In this document: one piece after another, positions 39,961 to 48,711 of the stretch
How positions within the stretch are numbered: position 1 is the stretch's first letter
How the letters are laid out: each line of letters starts with the position of its first letter
Assembly (NCBI GenBank): GCA_964584335.1
Contig: CAZOZN010000002.1
Location: 206,513 to 270,512, forward strand
DNA: 64,000 nucleotides
DNA from: an uncultured archaeon
Lineage (GTDB): Archaea; Aenigmatarchaeota; Aenigmatarchaeia; PWEA01; JAGHBM01
Reading direction: 5' to 3'
Program-made: the position numbers and the translations under genes
The notes under the pieces: generated by a model
What the model was told of the DNA's origin: nothing
Databases searched by the model: none
The model's input: only the letters and a program-made list of their open reading frames with translations

Positions 39961-40136
39961 GCTCCCGTAGTCTAGCTCGGTTAAGGATGCCGGCCTTTCG
40001 ATTCAAGTCGAAAGATTTGAGAACCAACTGGGTTCAGTGAAAGAAGAAAGCCGGAGACTCGGGTTCAAAAAAGCTTTTCTTTAAAAAAGAAAAGACTTTA
40101 GAAAAGAAAGCTTGGATTGTCCCGGCGGGAGCACCA
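39961..40136 (+). tRNA. tRNA-Glu(TTC) with two introns: 37/38 (40001-40048) and T-loop (about 40070-40119)
   Basis: GCTCCCG/CGGGAGC acceptor, CCGGC/GCCGG anticodon stem, TCGGG/CCCGG T-stem; removing both inserts restores a cloverleaf with TTCAAAT T-loop. Confidence 0.88.
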
Positions 40137-40310
40137 ATAAAATTTATGGGAATTTTGAGTTTCTCAAACCCCTTAAAATAACATTTTTAGGGCTTCTAGT
40201 ATATAAATCTTATTAAAAATGCCCCTAAACCTTTATATTTGAGTGTTTCAAAATGTTACTATAGACGGCCTAGAGGCCTCTTAAACACAATTTAGTGGAG
40301 GTGTAAAAAA

Positions 40311-40478
40311 ATGGCATTGATTGTAAAGAACGCAATAAAAGATTTGGTAAGAGGAAAAGCAAACGTAAGCGCTGATTTCTATGATGCTTTGGACACAGAA
40401 GTAAAAGACATAGTACACAAAGCATTAAAAAGAGCAAAAGACAACAGCAGAAAAACAATTCAAGCAAGAGACCTTTAA
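40311..40478 (+). CDS. 55-aa histone-fold protein (DUF1931-like)
   Basis: GGAGGTG RBS; MALIVKNAIKDLVRGKANVSADFYDALDTEVKDIVHKALKRAKDNSRKTIQARDL with RKT..RDL histone signature; hairpin plus T-tract at the stop. Confidence 0.88.
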   Translation: MALIVKNAIKDLVRGKANVSADFYDALDTEVKDIVHKALKRAKDNSRKTIQARDL

Positions 40479-40589
40479 ATCGGTCTCTTTTCTCTTTTTA
40501 TTTTTTTAACTTTTTAACTTTTTTTTAAATGATTAATAATAAAAGATTAATAAGACTAAGAAAAAACAGGAAAAACACATTTGCATTAT

Positions 40590-40767
40590 GCGGGGGTACC
40601 CAAGAGAGCTTTTAGAAAAAGCTCAAGCAAAAATCTAAAGCTCTGGGAATGGCCAAAGGGGCAGGACTTAAGAAAGCTTTTTGGAAAAAGCTTTACCAAA
40701 AACTTCAACTCTGAGAAATCCTGTGAACGTAGGTTCTCCGTGAGTTCGAATCTCATCCCCCGCACCA
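40590..40767 (+). tRNA. tRNA-Leu(TAA) with two 45-nt introns: D-loop 15/16 (40605-40649) and 37/38 (40673-40717)
   Basis: Spliced form GCGGGGGTACCCAAG|TGGCCAAAGGGGCAGGACTTAAG|ATCCTG...CCCCCGCACCA is a canonical class II tRNA; 4-bp helices CCCA/TGGG and CTTA/TGAG with 3-nt bulges. Confidence 0.9.
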
Positions 40768-40801
40768 ATCTTTTTATTTTATTAAGTTCTAAGATGTCTT
40801 T

Positions 40802-41350
40802 ATGAACAACTTGGTTGCTGTTGTCGGTATGCCCGGATGCGGAAAGAGTGAATCAGTTAAGATTTTTGAGGATTCTGATTTTTTCAAGGTTTATTTTGGA
40901 GGGGTAGTTATAGAGGAATTAAAAAAAAGAGACATGGAAATAAATGAAAAAAATGAATCTTTCATGAGAGAAAAACTTAGAGAAGAACAGGGGATGTCTG
41001 CAATGGCTAAGCTTAGCATCGATAAGATAAAAGAAAAGCTTTCAGAAAGCAATGTAGTAATAGATGGACTTTATTCAATGGAAGAATACGAACTTCTTAA
41101 AAAAGAATTTCCAAATATGATGGTTTTTTGCGTTTTCTCTTCACCAAAGACTAGACACGAAAGGCTTTCAAAAAGGACTGTAAGACCTTTAAAGAGAGAA
41201 GAGTCTTCTAATAGGGATAAGAATCAGATAAAGAATCTTCATACCGGCGGTCCTATAGCACTTGCTGATTTTACAGTTGTTAACGAATCAACTCTTTATG
41301 AACTGAAGGAAAAAACTAATGCTTTTATTGAGAGCATAACTAAAGATTAG
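40802..41350 (+). CDS. P-loop nucleotide kinase (dephospho-CoA kinase-like, UPF0200)
   Basis: VVGMPGCGKS, VIDGL, R..RL..R, IALADF. Confidence 0.8.
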   Translation: MNNLVAVVGMPGCGKSESVKIFEDSDFFKVYFGGVVIEELKKRDMEINEKNESFMREKLREEQGMSAMAKLSIDKIKEKLSESNVVIDGLYSMEEYELLKKEFPNMMVFCVFSSPKTRHERLSKRTVRPLKREESSNRDKNQIKNLHTGGPIALADFTVVNESTLYELKEKTNAFIESITKD

Positions 41351-41351
41351 T

Positions 41352-42461
41352 ATGCCTCTTTCACATTTTCAATGCTTTAATTGTAAAAAAGATTTTTCAA
41401 AAAATGATGTCCTGTTTTGGTGTCCCGAATGCGGAGGCTCTTTGGTAGTTCTTTACAAAAAAGACAAGATTAAAAGGCATATAAAAAAGACCAAATTCAA
41501 AAGTCAGAAACCTTCTCACTGGAAATATTGGATGTTCTACCCACTACCCAAGAACGTAGAAAGGGTGACAATGAGCGAAGATGACACCCCTTTAATAAAA
41601 GATAAGAACAATGATGATTATTTTTTAAAATTCGAGGGAGCCAATTCTACAGGCAGCTTCAAGGATAGAGGTTCTACTGTAGAAATAACGCATGCCAAGC
41701 AACTTGGTGTAAAAAAGGTTGCCTGTGCATCCACAGGTAATATGGGCGCTTCTGTTTCGGCTTATTCCTCAAGGGCTGGTATAAAGGCAACGATATATGT
41801 TCCAAAGGGAGCTCCTATAATAAAGAGAGAACAAATAAAAAAGTACGGTGCAAGAATAGTCAGAATAAATGGAGATTATACAGACGCATTAAACAAGACA
41901 AAAAAGCTTTGGACCGAGAAGAAGACATATCTTACCGGCGATTATTTGTATAGACAAGAGGGCCAAAAATCTGTTATAATCGAATCGATTGACCAGATGA
42001 ATTTTGATGTTCCTGATTACGTCGTTATTCCTGTCGGAATGGGAAATCTTTGTTACGCGACTTACAAGGGATTGATAGAAATGAAAATGGTCGGTCTTAT
42101 TAATAAAATACCAAAGATAGTGACTGTTCAATCCTTTCATTGTTCTACCGTTGTAAAGGCCTTAAATAAAAATATGGATAAAATACCTGTTGTTAAAAAT
42201 CCTAATACTATAGCCTCTGCTATTTCTTGCGGTAAACCCAACTACGGCAGGGAGGCACTTTTTGCTGTAAGAGGCACGGGAGGTACTGGAGTGTCTGTAA
42301 CTGAAAAAGAAATAAAGGATTCGAGGAAAAGTCTTGCCAGGCAAGGCATTTATACAGAGGCTTCCGGCGCAGTCAGTTATGCTGGTGCAAAAAAACTAAA
42401 TCTTAAGGGCAAATGTTTAATAATCTTGACAGGACACGGCCTTAAAGATACACTAATTTAA
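41352..42461 (+). CDS. thrC: Threonine synthase-like PLP enzyme
   Basis: N-terminal Zn ribbon, TGSFKDRG, CASTGN, LTGHGLK. Confidence 0.85.
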   Translation: MPLSHFQCFNCKKDFSKNDVLFWCPECGGSLVVLYKKDKIKRHIKKTKFKSQKPSHWKYWMFYPLPKNVERVTMSEDDTPLIKDKNNDDYFLKFEGANSTGSFKDRGSTVEITHAKQLGVKKVACASTGNMGASVSAYSSRAGIKATIYVPKGAPIIKREQIKKYGARIVRINGDYTDALNKTKKLWTEKKTYLTGDYLYRQEGQKSVIIESIDQMNFDVPDYVVIPVGMGNLCYATYKGLIEMKMVGLINKIPKIVTVQSFHCSTVVKALNKNMDKIPVVKNPNTIASAISCGKPNYGREALFAVRGTGGTGVSVTEKEIKDSRKSLARQGIYTEASGAVSYAGAKKLNLKGKCLIILTGHGLKDTLI

Positions 42462-42495
42462 AAACGTTTTAAATAAGTTTTTACAAGATTAAATC

Positions 42496-43476
42496 ATGGA
42501 TTCGAAAACATTAAGAAAGCACAGTCAAAAACTTCTAAAACTTAAACAGGAAATACAGAAAGGAATAATAGGACAGGAGTATGTAATAGATTCCGTAATA
42601 AAATGTTTGATGTGTAATGGTCATGTTCTTTTGGAAGGAGTTCCAGGCTTGGCAAAGACCTTACTTGTAATGCTTTTGGCGAGGTCTGTTTCTGATAGTG
42701 TTTTCAAGAGAATACAATTCACCCCTGATTTGTTGCCTTCTGATATAACAGGCACGACCATGTATATAGAGAGAGAAGGCACGTTCAAGGCACAGAAAGG
42801 TCCAATTTTTGCAAACTTCGTTCTTGCCGACGAAATAAACCGTACAACACCAAAAGTACAGAGCTCAATGCTTCAGGCAATGCAGGAGAGGGAAGTTACC
42901 ATAGGCAAGGAGACTTTTTCTCTTCCTAAGCCGTTTATAGTTCTTGCTACCGAGAACCCTCTCGAACAGGCAGGTACTTATCCATTAGCTGTTGCTCAAA
43001 CAGACAGGTTCCTTTTTAAGATTTTTGTTGATTATCCCAAGGAAGATGAGGAAATTAAAATTATAGATATAAATTCAGTTGTTAAAGGCATGAAAGATTA
43101 CAAGACCAAGCCAGTAGTTACACCTAAAGATATTCAAAAAGTACAAGAAATAGTAAGGAAAATTAAAATAAGCGACAGTGTTAAGGATTACATACTTAAT
43201 ATAGTCGAATCTACAAGAGTTCCTGAGAAATATGGTCTCGAGTTTCACAAGTTTATAGATTATGGTGGAAGTCCTAGAGCTTCTATTTATCTTGCTCTTT
43301 CAGGTAAGGCAAGTGCTCTCATGAACGGAAGGGATTATGTAATACCAGATGATATAAGGGAAGTGGCACCAAACGTACTCAGACATAGAATAATAATGAA
43401 CTATGAAGGCAAGGCAAGAAACATTTCTACTGACGATATAATAAAAGAGATTATAGATACTGTTCCGGTGGTTTAG
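42496..43476 (+). CDS. MoxR family AAA+ ATPase, copy 1
   Basis: EGVPGLAKT, RIQFTPDLLPSD, DEINR, SPRA. Confidence 0.93.
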   Translation: MDSKTLRKHSQKLLKLKQEIQKGIIGQEYVIDSVIKCLMCNGHVLLEGVPGLAKTLLVMLLARSVSDSVFKRIQFTPDLLPSDITGTTMYIEREGTFKAQKGPIFANFVLADEINRTTPKVQSSMLQAMQEREVTIGKETFSLPKPFIVLATENPLEQAGTYPLAVAQTDRFLFKIFVDYPKEDEEIKIIDINSVVKGMKDYKTKPVVTPKDIQKVQEIVRKIKISDSVKDYILNIVESTRVPEKYGLEFHKFIDYGGSPRASIYLALSGKASALMNGRDYVIPDDIREVAPNVLRHRIIMNYEGKARNISTDDIIKEIIDTVPVV

Positions 43477-44466
43477 ATGGTTGAAGGAAATATAGAAAAG
43501 AAAATAGATTTTTATAGTGATAAGATTTCCAAAATAGAAGATGAGATACACAAGTGTGTTTACGGACAGCAAGATACGGTCTCTTCGATTATAAAATGCT
43601 TGATATGTAATGGTCATGTTCTTATAGAGGGGGTTCCCGGAATAGCTAAAACTTTAACTGTGGTTGTTCTTTCAAATACAATAAAAGGAGCTAAATACAA
43701 CAGGATACAATTCACCCCTGATTTGTTGCCTTCTGATATAGTAGGTACTCTCATATACAGAAAAGGAAGAGGGTTCGAGGTTCAGAAAGGTCCTGTTTTT
43801 GGAAATATTATAGCTGCTGATGAGATAAACAGAGCCCCTTCCAAAGTACAGAGCGCTATGCTTCAGGCAATGCAGGAGAGGGAAGTTACCATAGGCAAGG
43901 AAACATATCCTCTTCCAAAACCCTTCATGGTTCTGGCCACGCAAAATCCACTGGAGACCAAGGGGGTTTATCCCTTACCCGAGGCTCAGATAGACAGATT
44001 TTTGTTTAAGATACAAGTTGATTACCCCAAAAGGGAACATGAAAAGAAGGTTATTGATATAAACGCTGAAGTAAAAAACATGGAAGATTATAAAATAAAA
44101 AAAGTGCTTTCTATTAAAGATATAGTAGAGATGCAAAAGTTAGTACCCAGAATAAAATGCTCCGAAGAAATAAAGAAATACATAGTAAAGCTGGTTAATG
44201 CTACGAGGTATCCGGATAAATATGGAATAGAGTTCGGCAGGTATATAAAGTGGGGTGCATCACCCAGAGCTACTATATATCTTAGCTTGGCAGGCAAGGC
44301 AAATGCCTTGATGAAAGGAAGAAGTTATGTTACCCCGGATGATATAAGGGATATAGCACATCACGTTCTTAGGCACAGAATGATTTTAAATTACGAAGGA
44401 AAAGCTGAAAAGATAAAAACTGAAGATTTGGTCGATGAGGTTATAAATAGTGTTCCAGTGATTTGA
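43477..44466 (+). CDS. MoxR family AAA+ ATPase, copy 2
   Basis: EGVPGIAKT, RIQFTPDLLPSD, TQNP..YPLPEAQIDRF. Confidence 0.93.
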   Translation: MVEGNIEKKIDFYSDKISKIEDEIHKCVYGQQDTVSSIIKCLICNGHVLIEGVPGIAKTLTVVVLSNTIKGAKYNRIQFTPDLLPSDIVGTLIYRKGRGFEVQKGPVFGNIIAADEINRAPSKVQSAMLQAMQEREVTIGKETYPLPKPFMVLATQNPLETKGVYPLPEAQIDRFLFKIQVDYPKREHEKKVIDINAEVKNMEDYKIKKVLSIKDIVEMQKLVPRIKCSEEIKKYIVKLVNATRYPDKYGIEFGRYIKWGASPRATIYLSLAGKANALMKGRSYVTPDDIRDIAHHVLRHRMILNYEGKAEKIKTEDLVDEVINSVPVI

Positions 44467-45422
44467 TGAGGGAAGAATCAAAAAATAAAAAAATAAGTGA
44501 TGCAATAGGTGAACTTAAGAAAGGGGAGCCAGATGACTCTAAGCTATTTGACATGAAAGAAATGATGTATGAGATAGATTCCAAAGTTAAAAGATTAAGC
44601 GACATTTTTTCTTTTCTCTTAACATACCAGATGCTTTTTAGAGGAACGGGACTTGAGTTTGCTCAGTTAAAGGAATATATACCGGGTGAGGACGATGCAA
44701 CCAAGATAGACTGGAAATCCAGTCTCAGGACCGGTAAAATTTTCATAAAACAATACGAGGAGGAAAGGGACTTGGATATAGTTGTTCTTCTTGATGTTTC
44801 TTCTTCCATGAATTTCGGAACTCAAAAAAGAATAAAGAGAGAATATGCCGGAATAATAGCAGGCGCGATAATAAGTGCAGGTATACAAATAGGCGATAAT
44901 GTTGGTTTTTGTATATATTCTGATGAAGTGATAAAATTTCTTGAACCTTCCAATGACGAATCACAGTATTACAGAAGTCTGGAGCTTATAATTGACAAAA
45001 AAAACTATGGAGGCAAGGCGGACCTGGATAAGGCACTTAGATTTGTATTGAATAACGTAAAAGAGAGTACAATACTTTTTCTCGTATCTGATTTCATATC
45101 TACCGGAAAAGAATGGGAAGACAGCATAAAAATGGTTTCAAACAAGCTTAATGATGTAATGGGATTTATGGTTAGAGATTTAAGGGACGAGTTTCTTCCA
45201 GAAGGTTCTGGCAACTTCAGGTTTAAAGACCCACATACCGAGAAGACTATAATAGTAAATCTTGATAAAGCAAAAAAGAAATACGAAGAAATGGCCAAAG
45301 AACAGTCCGATTATGTTAAAAAAATATTTAGGAGCAGTAATACGGGTTTTGTAAAGGTTTTTACTCATGAGCCATTCGTAAAGGCATTGGTGAAGGAACT
45401 GACACTAAGAAGAGTTTTATAG
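44463..45422 (+). CDS. DUF58 / VWA domain protein
   Basis: GLEF..LKEY.PG, IDWK.S.R, DVSSSM MIDAS-like motif, SDF. Confidence 0.9.
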   Translation: MMREESKNKKISDAIGELKKGEPDDSKLFDMKEMMYEIDSKVKRLSDIFSFLLTYQMLFRGTGLEFAQLKEYIPGEDDATKIDWKSSLRTGKIFIKQYEEERDLDIVVLLDVSSSMNFGTQKRIKREYAGIIAGAIISAGIQIGDNVGFCIYSDEVIKFLEPSNDESQYYRSLELIIDKKNYGGKADLDKALRFVLNNVKESTILFLVSDFISTGKEWEDSIKMVSNKLNDVMGFMVRDLRDEFLPEGSGNFRFKDPHTEKTIIVNLDKAKKKYEEMAKEQSDYVKKIFRSSNTGFVKVFTHEPFVKALVKELTLRRVL

Positions 45423-45489
45423 CTTTAATTTCTCTTTTTATATACTTTAGATTAAGCTGATTTTTATATAAACTCTACTTAATAAGATT

Positions 45490-46452
45490 ATGAAAATTTT
45501 GAAACTGTTTTTTGTAATTTTTATTCTTTTAGTGACCTTAACAGAGGTAAATGCATCTGTAATAAATACACGAAACGGGGAAGATGATTTTCTAATAAGT
45601 CTTGATTTTAAAGGCTTAAATCCCATGGAAAATGAGCCAATTGTTTTTCTTTGCAGAGAAATTTGTATCAGTACTGATGTAAAATCTGTAAGCTTTAACG
45701 AAAACGGAGAAATTGATATTTTTATAAAACCAGAATACACCGGTAACTATACTTTAAAGGTCTTTTTTAATTCAAGCGAAGAATTGCTTTTATTTGAGGA
45801 TGAAATAGAAATAAGTGAAATATACAAAAGCGAAGAATTTTTAGTGGAGGAAGATTTTGGAGTTACAGGAAATATAGTCAGAAACTCCACCAATCCACTT
45901 TTTTTACTTGGTTTTTTGAGTTTGGTTATCATTCTCATGTTTTTTAAGTTAGATAATGATGTTATTTTTGAAAAAAATAAGTTTTTAAGACACTTTAAAA
46001 CCAAATTAAAACCTTTTATAGTCTTTATGCTCTCTTTCGTTGTTTTAACTGTTTTTACTCATGAGTTATTTCATATAATTACTGCAGGTATTTTTGGATG
46101 TGCGGCAAGTTTGGAATCTTTTTTGCCAATTTATTCTCCTTCTTCCGTTTCCATTAGCTCGTGCAAAATAACATCTTTCCAGAGTATAATGATATTATCT
46201 GCAGGTATAATCGGTAATATGATGGTGGGCCTGTTTCTTTTGTATTTTCCTCTTAAAAGGAATAAAAAAATTTTAAATACAGTTTCTCTGGCCTTTTTTG
46301 TTTCATCCTTCTCATATTTTTTCTACAAAACCGGCGATATTCATAACATAATAAATATAATGAATTTAAGCATCCCGCAAATTTACTTGAATATTTTCGG
46401 AGTATTGACTCTATCCGGCTCCTTTTATCTTTTTTTAAGAAATTATAATTAG
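45490..46452 (+). CDS. Membrane protein with extracellular domain and M50-like HExxH region
   Basis: Signal peptide, THELFH in a TM helix, SAG..GN, GD. Confidence 0.6.
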   Translation: MKILKLFFVIFILLVTLTEVNASVINTRNGEDDFLISLDFKGLNPMENEPIVFLCREICISTDVKSVSFNENGEIDIFIKPEYTGNYTLKVFFNSSEELLLFEDEIEISEIYKSEEFLVEEDFGVTGNIVRNSTNPLFLLGFLSLVIILMFFKLDNDVIFEKNKFLRHFKTKLKPFIVFMLSFVVLTVFTHELFHIITAGIFGCAASLESFLPIYSPSSVSISSCKITSFQSIMILSAGIIGNMMVGLFLLYFPLKRNKKILNTVSLAFFVSSFSYFFYKTGDIHNIINIMNLSIPQIYLNIFGVLTLSGSFYLFLRNYN

Positions 46453-48710
46453 AAAATAGGAACAAGTCCCATATACCATAAAAATATGTAGATTATTAGT
46501 ATAATTGTAATTATTGAAGAAATCGGATAAAGTATGCCTACATATCTTCCTCTCCTTCTCATGGTAATAAGACTTAACAAAAATACTATGAAGAACAACA
46601 ATAGTAATGGTATTAAAAGCAGTCCTCCTGGCAGTAAAGCCGAGGGAGATGAAACATTTATTTTTATTCTTGAGAAAGCATAAGCATTTTCTTTTGATTC
46701 TATTATAAGCATTGCATTACATGTCTTTGGTCCTGTTCTTGTCCTAACCTTTAAGTTAAAATTTGCTTCTTCCTCACTATCTAGTTTTAACTCAGGAGAA
46801 GTTATGTTGACTATGCAGTTTTCTATGTTTTCTAGTTTTGCACTTATTTTAGTAAGTGGCTTAACTCCTACATTTTTTATCATTATTGGTATTTCTCCTA
46901 CAGAATCTGATTCAAGTGTTATTTCTCCCGGGCTTTCCAGTATTTTTATCTTTGCAAGAAATTCTCCGGGCAAAACTTCAAACCAAAAATAGGCAAGATC
47001 TAAGACGTTACCGCTACTATCTAAAGCCTGTACAGGAATTGCATAAGTCGAGGGCTCCACTTTATATGTAGGTGTTATAAATAAAGTTCTGTTTAGTTTT
47101 TCTCCAGAATCAATTGTGTCTATTTGTGCACTTTCAAATCCCCACTCCTCACCTACTATAGGCTCTAATGTTATATCTGAAGCGGTACTTGAACCAAGAT
47201 TTTCTATTTCAAATAATACGGGTGTTGTTTGTTCCTGCATTCCGCTAATTTCAGGTTCCACCGGATATATGTTTATTTCTATAGGACCGGGCAATGGTGT
47301 TGGCAGGGGTTCAGGAGTGGGGCTCGGAGAGGGGCTGGGTTCCGGTTTAGGTTCCGTCTCGGGTGAAGGTTGCTCTTCTTCGCCCCCGAACTCCTTGACT
47401 ACTTCAAAATCTTCAACTATTTCCATGCTTCCGTTGCATTGTATCTTATCGTAACAAGCAATCTTGTTAATAGTATAATTAACTTCACATTGGGAAACCA
47501 CGTACCTGTCTACACAACTTGTAAAAGTCTCGGAGAAGGTGACATTCCTTCCGTTCGGGTCCATTGAGGTTATAGTCATATTGCCTAGTTCGTTTTTTAT
47601 TATATTTCCCTCAAACCAGTCTGTGGAATATGAACACTCATCTTCTGTTAAGTTCGTGTCGTCACTAATGCATGCATAACAATATTCACTGCAGTCCTCC
47701 ATATTAAACGTGTAAGCGTTGTATATTGTGTTTGATATGTTTGCTGTGCCTGCATATGTTGTTGTGTTTGGCGTCTGGTTTTCTAATGTAAGTGAAGAGG
47801 AAGAAGTAGTGTTAAATTGGTACTCTTTTGCATATGCGTTGAAGCATCTGTGGCTAAAATGGTTGTAGCATGTGGTTTCGTTTTCACCGTCAAAGTCGAT
47901 ATCTTCCGGTTTAGTACAGTTGGCAGTTTGGTTGTAATCCGGCCAGTCGTAAAATGTTTCGCTCATTCCGCTTGGTGTCCTTCCTACGAACCTTGTTATA
48001 CCGTGCCAATAATATACTCCCAGAGCGGTACTGTTATATGTCTTCCACAAGCCGTAATGAAGATCATCTTCCCAAGGTTCCAGCTCTGTTGTTTGGTCAA
48101 GATAAGGCCCCCAGATAAGGGTCCCGTCGTTATATTCTATGTACATACTGCTCGTTTCGTTAACATCCATGTTTCCTATATTTTCGTTTATTTGCATAAA
48201 GAAAACAGTCTGCTCTCTTGTAACCTCTTCAGGTACAAAATAGAAGCTGAATCCCACACCGCAATCAGGAGAAACCTCGACGCTTATTATAACTTCATCA
48301 GATTCTGTTTTTGTTATTCCGAAAGTATATCTGTCTGATTTTGTGTAGTTACCGCTCGACTCGTTAACAAATATGTTATAATAGTATATGTCTGTGTAGT
48401 TGTTCAATTTGTATGCTATTGTAAAGGTACCCCCATACCTGTAAGGGTCTGAAGTGTTAGACATTTCAAAAGTTTCTACTACTTCAGTACTTCCGTTCAT
48501 GTAAGTTATGTTTGCTAATACAGTGTCTATGTAACACCCCGGGTTTGTAATGTTTTCTCTCGTTACTTCAGTTAATATTGTCACATTTTCGTTGTATTCT
48601 AAAACACTTGGAAAATCCTGAACATAATCTATCGTCGGCGTTGCATATACAACATTAAAACTGAGAACAAATATCAAAATTATTAATTCCTTCGGGGGTG
48701 CTCTTTTCAT
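46449..48710 (-). CDS. Membrane-anchored surface glycoprotein (Cys-rich N-part, Pro-rich linker, Ig-like domains, 2 C-terminal TMs)
   Basis: Signal peptide, PEPSPSPSPTPEP linker, EIENLG / IKNVG Ig-like patterns, many N-x-S/T sequons. Confidence 0.8.
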   Translation of the reverse strand: MKRAPPKELIILIFVLSFNVVYATPTIDYVQDFPSVLEYNENVTILTEVTRENITNPGCYIDTVLANITYMNGSTEVVETFEMSNTSDPYRYGGTFTIAYKLNNYTDIYYYNIFVNESSGNYTKSDRYTFGITKTESDEVIISVEVSPDCGVGFSFYFVPEEVTREQTVFFMQINENIGNMDVNETSSMYIEYNDGTLIWGPYLDQTTELEPWEDDLHYGLWKTYNSTALGVYYWHGITRFVGRTPSGMSETFYDWPDYNQTANCTKPEDIDFDGENETTCYNHFSHRCFNAYAKEYQFNTTSSSSLTLENQTPNTTTYAGTANISNTIYNAYTFNMEDCSEYCYACISDDTNLTEDECSYSTDWFEGNIIKNELGNMTITSMDPNGRNVTFSETFTSCVDRYVVSQCEVNYTINKIACYDKIQCNGSMEIVEDFEVVKEFGGEEEQPSPETEPKPEPSPSPSPTPEPLPTPLPGPIEINIYPVEPEISGMQEQTTPVLFEIENLGSSTASDITLEPIVGEEWGFESAQIDTIDSGEKLNRTLFITPTYKVEPSTYAIPVQALDSSGNVLDLAYFWFEVLPGEFLAKIKILESPGEITLESDSVGEIPIMIKNVGVKPLTKISAKLENIENCIVNITSPELKLDSEEEANFNLKVRTRTGPKTCNAMLIIESKENAYAFSRIKINVSSPSALLPGGLLLIPLLLLFFIVFLLSLITMRRRGRYVGILYPISSIITIILIIYIFLWYMGLVPIF

Positions 48711-48711
48711 A

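Noticed and set aside
40270-40467. 65-aa Cys/Leu-rich minus-strand ORF
   Set aside because: Antisense shadow of the histone gene, which has the RBS and recognisable fold
39600-40800. CRISPR array from recurring AAGCTTTT palindromes
   Set aside because: Copies are divergent, irregularly spaced and lie inside tRNA genes; no cas operon in the window
40581-40805. ORFs 40581-40805(+) and 40586-40768(-)
   Set aside because: They overlie the two-intron tRNA-Leu
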